In this document: in pieces, positions 57,873 through 64,000 of the stretch
Layout of the letters: each line of letters opens with the position of its first letter
Position numbering within the stretch: position 1 is the stretch's first letter
Assembly: GCA_050011565.1 (NCBI GenBank)
Contig: JBEKIW010000001.1
Span: 352,001 to 416,000, forward strand
Reading direction: 5' to 3'
Origin: Dehalococcoidia bacterium
GTDB lineage: Bacteria; Chloroflexota; Dehalococcoidia; GIF9; UBA5629
DNA length: 64,000 nt
Notes under the pieces: model-generated
What the model was told of the DNA's origin: nothing
Databases searched by the model: none
Seen by the model: the letters and a program-made list of their open reading frames with translations, nothing else
Translations under genes and position numbers: made by a program

Positions 57873-57901
57873 ATTTTAACTGTGGATAAAGCCGTTGTCA
57901 A
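57873..57901 (-). promoter_or_regulatory. tRNA-Gly promoter with a perfect DnaA box in the spacer
   Basis: TTGACA-N17-TAAAAT; TTATCCACA at 57881-57889. Confidence 0.65.
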
Positions 57902-57967
57902 AGGGGCATTTATGTTTTATTGAAACCAGGCAAAATTAAAGGATTATTGAGCTTTATTTGATGTGGA

Positions 57968-58594
57968 CTAGGTAACTCTGGCCTTTATGATGGCTACCAG
58001 GCCGCCCTTAAGGTAATCTCTTTTTTCCTCATGCAAATTGAATACTTTAAGTATATGCTCCAGACCACCGCTGATAATATAGTCTTTGAAGCCTTCATAG
58101 TGGTCGCCACCGGCAATGAATTCCACAGTACGGGACAGGAAACCCCAGATTCTGCTGACGTGCGGGACCGGATAATCTATGAATATAAGGGCACCATCCG
58201 GCTTTAGTACCCTTATCATCTCGGAAACAACTTTATATCGTGCTAATTTTGATTTGTCATGTAATGCTAGAGATACCGATACGTAGTCAAAGCAGTTATC
58301 GACAAAGGACAGCTCGGTAGCATCAGCCAAGTAAAAGGAGATATTCGCTAGATTGTTCTTGGCTCTGTTTCGTAAAGCGGCTTTCAACATACTCGGGTCT
58401 ATATCTAATCCCGTGGCGATTATGCCGCGGCGCCTGTATTCAATGACCTGCGCTCCGGTTCCGCAGCAGACATCCAGTACTCTATCGCCAGGACTCATGC
58501 CACAAAATTCCGGGGTGAACTTCCGGATTTCAGCCAGTAAGGGGTCTATTAAGGTTTCATAATTTAATAAAAACATCGGCTTAAATATTAGCAT
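57968..58594 (-). CDS. Class I SAM-dependent methyltransferase (UbiE-like)
   Basis: VLDVCCGTG, GLDID..ML, DA..L.F.D..FD, EM.RVLKP.G. Confidence 0.9.
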   Translation of the reverse strand: MLIFKPMFLLNYETLIDPLLAEIRKFTPEFCGMSPGDRVLDVCCGTGAQVIEYRRRGIIATGLDIDPSMLKAALRNRAKNNLANISFYLADATELSFVDNCFDYVSVSLALHDKSKLARYKVVSEMIRVLKPDGALIFIDYPVPHVSRIWGFLSRTVEFIAGGDHYEGFKDYIISGGLEHILKVFNLHEEKRDYLKGGLVAIIKARVT

Positions 58595-58666
58595 ACTATT
58601 GACACGGCCAATACGCTGGCGTATTCTTAGTAATTAAATTTATGCAGAGAGGGGGTATACCGCGAT

Positions 58667-58990
58667 ATGGCAAAAACTTCAACTGGGCTGGATGAAAATG
58701 TTGCCGGATTGTTGTGTTATGTTCTAGGTTGGGTAAGCGGTCTTGTTTTCTTTTTGATAGAGAAGGAGAACAAGTTTGTCCGTTTCCATGCTTTACAGTC
58801 TATCATCGTGTTTGGTGTTCTATTTCTTGCTGGCTTTATCATCGGCTGGATACCTATCATTGGATTGGTGATTGGTTGGCTTATCTCGGTGCTGGCCTTT
58901 GTGTTGTGGATAATTTTGATGATTAAGGCTTACCAAGGTGAGAAATTTAAGCTCCCTTGGGCAGGCAATCTGGCCGAGAAGAACGCTTAA
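58667..58990 (+). CDS. DUF4870/Tic20-like small membrane protein
   Basis: GLDENVAGLLCY, FVRFHALQS, WI.LM.KAYQG..FKLP..G.LAE. Confidence 0.88.
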   Translation: MAKTSTGLDENVAGLLCYVLGWVSGLVFFLIEKENKFVRFHALQSIIVFGVLFLAGFIIGWIPIIGLVIGWLISVLAFVLWIILMIKAYQGEKFKLPWAGNLAEKNA

Positions 58991-59043
58991 CCTGCCAGAC
59001 AATAATTTTATATCCGCGGGCTTTATTTTTGCTCTGTATTTTC

Positions 59044-59910
59044 CTAGGGTAGTCGTTTGCCGTCCGGTGTGTAGTTGTAGAAGCCTTTGCCGACCTTCCG
59101 GCCCAGGCGGCCTTCTTTTACCATCTGCTCTATTATATTGGAGCGAGTCGTCAACTCACCCGCGCCTAAAGCTTTCCAGGATTGTTCTATAAGGAGGTAG
59201 GTGTCCAGCCCGGCATTGTCAGCGATTTCGAATGGTCCGGCGCCCCAACCGTAACCCAGTCGCATACCTTTATCCACGTCTTCGGGTGTTGTTATCCCTT
59301 CAGCAACCAGGTTCAGTGCTGCTCGCCAGGCCGCAGAGTAGACACGGTTCATGACGAAACCGGGGATATCCCGCTTAACCCGAATTGGTGTCTTACCCAG
59401 GGATTTAACAAAAGCCACGCCGTGTTCAAAGATATCGTCGGTAGTTTTGTCTCCTTTGATGACTTCTACCAGTCCCATGAGAGGAACTGGCCCGAAGAAA
59501 TGCAGCCCCAGCACTCTCTCCGGATGTTTGAGCGATGGGGTAAAGCGGCTCATAGGCATAGTAGAGGTGTTGGTTGCCAACGGGGTCGTTGGTGGAGCCA
59601 GGCGGTCGACTTCTTGGAAAATCTCCTTTTTGAGCTCTTCTATCTCCAACACGGACTCAATTACCCAGTCTGCTTTGGCTGCGCTGCTAAGGTCTTTTTC
59701 AGGTGTGATTCGGTCGAAAATATTTTGGGCCGAATCTTTGAGCAGTCCCTTACTACAAAGTTTTTCCAGCGACCATTTAATCTCGTCCATGGCTTTTTCC
59801 AGCGTTTTGGTCGTGTTGTACTTCAGATAGACCCGATAACCTGATTGGGCGCATACTTGAGCAATACCACGACCCATGAACCCGGTGCCAATAACTAAGA
59901 CATTTTCCAT
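59044..59910 (-). CDS. 3-hydroxyacyl-CoA dehydrogenase family protein
   Basis: VIGTGFMG.GIAQ, VIE.V.E..ELK, ATNTS, GLHFF.PV..M.LVE, PGFV.NR, GP...D..GLD, LGRK.GKGFY. Confidence 0.93.
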   Translation of the reverse strand: MENVLVIGTGFMGRGIAQVCAQSGYRVYLKYNTTKTLEKAMDEIKWSLEKLCSKGLLKDSAQNIFDRITPEKDLSSAAKADWVIESVLEIEELKKEIFQEVDRLAPPTTPLATNTSTMPMSRFTPSLKHPERVLGLHFFGPVPLMGLVEVIKGDKTTDDIFEHGVAFVKSLGKTPIRVKRDIPGFVMNRVYSAAWRAALNLVAEGITTPEDVDKGMRLGYGWGAGPFEIADNAGLDTYLLIEQSWKALGAGELTTRSNIIEQMVKEGRLGRKVGKGFYNYTPDGKRLP

Positions 59911-60160
59911 TGTTTTTTCTCCCGGTAATATTTGTCGGTTAGTCTTCTCCGCCTGGCTGACAGTGGATATTCTTAAGCCGGCCGAGCTTGAATCTGGCCT
60001 GCTATTCTACTGCTATACCTTATAGAAATCAATATCTCGTAGATTGTGGTTCTGCATCATTGTTAGGATGCGCGAAGCGCAGTCATCATTTGACATAACT
60101 TGGTATTGATAGTATTATGCCTCAGAATAAGAGACTGGTGCCTTAAGGAGCGTTTTATAT

Positions 60161-61675
60161 ATGAGAGTACTTCTCGTCTATCCGCAGTATCCGGATACTT
60201 TCTGGAGTTTCAAGCACGCATTGAAGTTCGTTTCCAAAAAGGCAGCCTTTCCACCGTTGGGCCTGCTAACCATAGCGGCAATGCTGCCCTGGGAATGGGA
60301 TAAGAAGGTTATAGACCTGAACGTAACAAATCTAAGCGATAAAGATATTGAGTGGGCGGATTATGTCTTTATCAGTGCTATGGCGGTGCAAAAAGATTCG
60401 GTCAAGAATGTTATTAAAAGATGCCAGAAATTGGGGACTAAGATTGTCGCCGGCGGCCCTCTTTTTACTACCGGATACGAAGAGTTTGGCGAGGTGGACC
60501 ATTTTGTGCTTAATGAGGCCGAGATTACATTGCCGCTATTTCTGGAAGATTTACAAAATGGACAGGCAAAGCATATCTATACCTCTGACGAATGGGCCGA
60601 TGTAAAAGAAACCCCCATCCCGTCTTGGGAGCTTATCGATGTTAAAAAGTATTCGTCAATGAGCCTGCAGTATTCCAGGGGTTGTCCTTTCGATTGTGAA
60701 TTCTGCGATATCGTAGTCTTAAACGGCCATACGCCGCGTACCAAAGGCGCAGACCAGCTACTGAAAGAGCTGGACGAATTCTACAATCGGGGATGGCGAA
60801 GCAGCGTCTTCATCGTGGATGATAACTTTATCGGTAACAAAAGGAAGTTGAAGGCGGAAATTCTGCCGGCCATTATTGAATGGATGAAAAAGAGGAAAAA
60901 ACCGTTCTCGCTTTTTACCGAAGCGTCTATCAATCTGGCCGATGATGAAGAACTTGTGCAATTAATGGTCAAGGCGAACTTTAATATGGTATTTATCGGC
61001 ATTGAAACTACTAATGAAGAGAGCCTGGCCGAGTGCAGCAAGCTGCAGAATAGGAACCGTGATTTGGTAGCTGCTGTTAAAAAACTTCAGAACCACGGAT
61101 TACAGGTGCAGGGAGGATTTATATTAGGCTTCGACAATGACCCGGCCTCTATTTTTGAAAATATGATCAGTTTTATTCAAAAAAGCGGAATTGTCACAGC
61201 CATGGTCGGCTTGCTGAACGCTCCTCGCGGCACGAAGTTGTATCGACGCCTGAACAAAGAAAAACGTTTGTTGTCAGACTTTACCGGTGACAACACCGAT
61301 TGCACCATGAATTTTATTCCCAAAATGGAATATAAAAATCTTATCAACGGCTATAAGAAAGTCATCGATACCATCTATTCACCCAAACAATATTATGAGC
61401 GTGTAAAAACATTCCTGAAAGAATACAGACCTATAGGGGACAAAGTGGTCAGCCCTCAGTTCGAACATGTGAAGGCATTCGTTAAGTCCGTGTGGTTTTT
61501 GGGCATAATAGGAAAAGGGCGACAGTATTATTGGAGGCTTCTCGCCTGGACATTAGCCAGACGCCCGAGGTCCTTTTCCATGTCGGTAATTCTGGCTATT
61601 TACGGGTTCCACTTCCGTAAGGTTGTTGACAAATACATTATGACCCTAGCGAGAGATAATGGCTCAACGGCATAG
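60161..61675 (+). CDS. B12-binding radical SAM protein (DUF4070 type)
   Basis: TFWSF..AL...PPLGL.T.A, SRGCPFDCEFC, VDDNFIG, GFI.GFD.D. TTGACA-N17-TATTAT promoter upstream. Confidence 0.92.
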   Translation: MRVLLVYPQYPDTFWSFKHALKFVSKKAAFPPLGLLTIAAMLPWEWDKKVIDLNVTNLSDKDIEWADYVFISAMAVQKDSVKNVIKRCQKLGTKIVAGGPLFTTGYEEFGEVDHFVLNEAEITLPLFLEDLQNGQAKHIYTSDEWADVKETPIPSWELIDVKKYSSMSLQYSRGCPFDCEFCDIVVLNGHTPRTKGADQLLKELDEFYNRGWRSSVFIVDDNFIGNKRKLKAEILPAIIEWMKKRKKPFSLFTEASINLADDEELVQLMVKANFNMVFIGIETTNEESLAECSKLQNRNRDLVAAVKKLQNHGLQVQGGFILGFDNDPASIFENMISFIQKSGIVTAMVGLLNAPRGTKLYRRLNKEKRLLSDFTGDNTDCTMNFIPKMEYKNLINGYKKVIDTIYSPKQYYERVKTFLKEYRPIGDKVVSPQFEHVKAFVKSVWFLGIIGKGRQYYWRLLAWTLARRPRSFSMSVILAIYGFHFRKVVDKYIMTLARDNGSTA

Positions 61676-61693
61676 ACCTGAATGTAACCACTA

Positions 61694-62473
61694 CTAGTCC
61701 GCTTTATCCAGGGCACGCCTTAATTTACTTACGAAATTGCCTACCGCTGCCAGGCCGTCGGTCTCCATGAGCTGAATTATCCTGCTGCCCACAATGACCC
61801 CATCGGCTATCTCGGCTACCTGCCTCGCTTGCTCGGGAGTCGATATACCGAATCCAACACACAGCGGCTGTTTGGCTGCTTTCCTGACCCGGCCTACAAA
61901 AGAATTCAGTTCTGAGGGAAGACTAGCCCGGGCGCCGGTAACGCCGGTCACCGAGACCAGGTATATAAATCCACGGGCTCTCTCTGCCACCAGCCTGATA
62001 CGCTCATCGGAACTGGTTGGAGCCAGTAAATAAATCAGGTCCAGGTTGTGTCTCCGGGTGACGTCTTCCAGTTCTGAGCCTTCGTCCGGAGGTAAGTCAG
62101 GGATAATTAGTCCATCGACGCCGGACCTGGCACAGGCGGCACAGAACTCTTCCAGGCCATAGCTAAGCACCGGATTGAAATAGGTCATAAACACCAGCGG
62201 TATATCAACTTTCCGGCTTAGTTTTTCTGCCACCTCGAGACACAGCTTCGGCGTAACGCCATTCTTCAAGGCGCAGAAGCTCGCCTTTTGTATGGTAGCG
62301 CCGTCAGCCAGCGGGTCGGAGAAGGGTATGCCCAGCTCCGCTATGTCGCAGCCGCTGCCAGCCAGAAGGGGGACCACCTTCAATGTATCTTCAACACTGG
62401 GGTAACCTACAGTAACGTAGGGTATCAGGGCTTTGTGACCTGTTCGGCTAAATACGGAAGCGATACGACTCAT
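61694..62473 (-). CDS. trpA: Tryptophan synthase alpha chain
   Basis: [47 protein letters not shown]. Confidence 0.97.
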   Translation of the reverse strand: MSRIASVFSRTGHKALIPYVTVGYPSVEDTLKVVPLLAGSGCDIAELGIPFSDPLADGATIQKASFCALKNGVTPKLCLEVAEKLSRKVDIPLVFMTYFNPVLSYGLEEFCAACARSGVDGLIIPDLPPDEGSELEDVTRRHNLDLIYLLAPTSSDERIRLVAERARGFIYLVSVTGVTGARASLPSELNSFVGRVRKAAKQPLCVGFGISTPEQARQVAEIADGVIVGSRIIQLMETDGLAAVGNFVSKLRRALDKAD

Positions 62474-63657
62474 GGCTTCAACCCCAGCGCTTCGACTACG
62501 ATATCCATGTCTTTATCACCGCGACCGGACAGATTGACCACGATAATTTGCTCCTTACTTAACGAACCTGCCAGTTTAGTGGCATAGAATATGGCGTGAG
62601 CCGGTTCCAGGGCCGGCGGAATGCCTTCGGTACGGCACAGAAGCTGAAAGGCATCGAGTGCTTCCTTATCGCTAACTGCCACGTAGCTGGCGCGCCCGCT
62701 GTCCTTGAGGTAGCTGTGCTCGGGGCCGACGCCGGGGTAGTCCAGCCCGGCGGAGATGCTGTGCGTTTCCATAATCTGCCCGTTGCCGTCTTGAAGTACG
62801 TATGACCTGGCTCCGTGTAAAACGCCTATACTTCCCGCTGCCAGTGAAGCGGCATGCTCACCGGTCTTTAGTCCCTTCCCGGCTGCCTCCACTCCTATAA
62901 GTTTGACTTCCTTATCATTCAAAAAAGGATGGAAGATGCCGATGGCATTGCTGCCGCCGCCGACGCAGGCAACTATATAGTCGGGCAGGCGATTACATCT
63001 CGCCAGCATCTGTTCCCTGGTTTCCTTGCCGATTACCAACTGAAAATCACGGACCATTGAAGGATAGGGATGAGGGCCGACTGCCGAGCCCAGAAGGTAA
63101 TAGCTGTTTCTGACGTTAGTTACCCAGTCTCGCATCGCCTCGTTGATGGCGTCTTTCAGAGTGCGACTGCCGGCGGAAACGGACCTCACTTCAGCGCCCA
63201 TTAATTTCATGCGGAAGACATTGAGTGACTGACGGCGCACATCTTCCTCGCCCATGTAGACAATACATTCCAAACCGAGCAGTGCGCAGACAGCAGCGGC
63301 AGCTACACCATGCTGCCCGGCACCGGTCTCGGCGATGATTCTATGTTTACCCATCCTCCGGGCAAGTAAACCCTGTCCCAGTGCATTGTTGATTTTGTGG
63401 GCGCCGGTATGAGCCAGGTCCTCCCTTTTTAGAAAAATCCGGGCGCCGCCGCAGTGACTGCTTAACCTCTCAGCCAGATAGAGTGGTGTCGGTCTCCCCG
63501 AATAATCACGAGACAGTGAGTCAAACTCGGCCCAGAAGGAAGCGTCGGCTTTGGCTTCCTCATAGGCCGCCGTCAGCTCATTCAGCGCCGGCACCAGTGT
63601 CTCCGGGACAAAGCGTCCACCATAATTTCCGAAGTATCCTCTGTTATCGGGTAACAC
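62470..63657 (-). CDS. trpB: Tryptophan synthase beta chain (TrpB1)
   Basis: [54 protein letters not shown]. Confidence 0.97.
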   Translation of the reverse strand: MLPDNRGYFGNYGGRFVPETLVPALNELTAAYEEAKADASFWAEFDSLSRDYSGRPTPLYLAERLSSHCGGARIFLKREDLAHTGAHKINNALGQGLLARRMGKHRIIAETGAGQHGVAAAAVCALLGLECIVYMGEEDVRRQSLNVFRMKLMGAEVRSVSAGSRTLKDAINEAMRDWVTNVRNSYYLLGSAVGPHPYPSMVRDFQLVIGKETREQMLARCNRLPDYIVACVGGGSNAIGIFHPFLNDKEVKLIGVEAAGKGLKTGEHAASLAAGSIGVLHGARSYVLQDGNGQIMETHSISAGLDYPGVGPEHSYLKDSGRASYVAVSDKEALDAFQLLCRTEGIPPALEPAHAIFYATKLAGSLSKEQIIVVNLSGRGDKDMDIVVEALGLKP

Positions 63658-63798
63658 CTCAATCTCCTTTTTCTATGGTCATTATTCCTGTATCTTGGAT
63701 TAATTCCTCGACACTCATTCCCGGCTTGTCGGGTTTTGCGTACATGATAACTACATATCGTTTACTATTTGGTTACTCTTCTATTGTTCTCGCTCGTC

Positions 63799-64000
63799 TT
63801 ACTTGACCAAAGCCTTTATCTCTTTCACCAGTGCTGCAAATTGTTCTGGATAAAGCGATTGCATGCCATCAGATAAGGCATGCAAGGGGTCATTGTGTAC
63901 TTCAACCAGGATGCCATCGGCGCCTATTGCTATGGCTCCTTTTGACAGAGGAATAACATATTCTCTTCGGCCGGCAGCATGGCTGGGGTCAACCACAACT
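63799..64000 (-). CDS. aroF: DAHP synthase (type I-beta), C-terminal fragment cut by the window edge
   Basis: VDPSHA.G, GADG..VEVH..P..ALSDG.QSL. Confidence 0.9.
   Translation of the reverse strand, partial: VVVDPSHAAGRREYVIPLSKGAIAIGADGILVEVHNDPLHALSDGMQSLYPEQFAALVKEIKALVK

Noticed and set aside
59182-59844. 220-aa and 159-aa + strand ORFs
   Set aside because: Antisense shadows of the 3-hydroxyacyl-CoA dehydrogenase with no recognisable motifs; the same applies to most short overlapping ORFs in the track.
57785-61675. Genomic island integrated at tRNA-Gly
   Set aside because: No integrase and no duplicated tRNA 3' end seen; the 3' side of the tRNA leads straight into the pan operon promoter.

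Overview
Gene-dense chromosomal window, mostly core genome, from an anaerobic bacterium. Gene content and order suggest Chloroflexota, class Dehalococcoidia (inference; no search was run). It contains: a replication module (dnaB, a DnaD-domain protein, a tandem-AAA+ DnaC/IstB-like loader); holB/PSP1/lysA; a four-subunit 2-oxoacid:ferredoxin oxidoreductase next to a two-subunit CoA-transferase; an Fe-S PD-(D/E)XK nuclease paired with an SbcC/Rad50 ATPase; ffh; ppsA-dgt-dnaG-rpoD; ychF; a long rpsF-ssb-rpsR-rpmH-rnpA-yidD-(beta-propeller)-yidC-jag-ileS run; trpB2 under a Trp T-box; a 7-PAS hybrid kinase; an 8-gene redox operon (NuoEF + selenocysteine FDH, a second NuoEF + NuoG/GltD hybrid, NfnAB); a pan-motif-controlled pantothenate operon; tRNA-Gly(TCC); and aroF-trpB-trpA. 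The ORF track misses rpmH, the Sec readthrough that joins two FDH ORFs, and a Trp-containing leader peptide. The best leads are: (i) the redox operon, where one NuoF carries NADP(H)-type substitutions and its partner lacks the NADPH-binding domain; (ii) a T-box followed by a Trp leader peptide; (iii) a ThnT-like hydrolase heading the pan operon, behind a pan RNA with a visible antiterminator switch; (iv) an IleRS2 with the altered GIHH motif; (v) a Rad50-like ATPase with a Cas4/AddB-like nuclease in place of sbcD. No CRISPR array, rRNA, integrase or transposase was seen.
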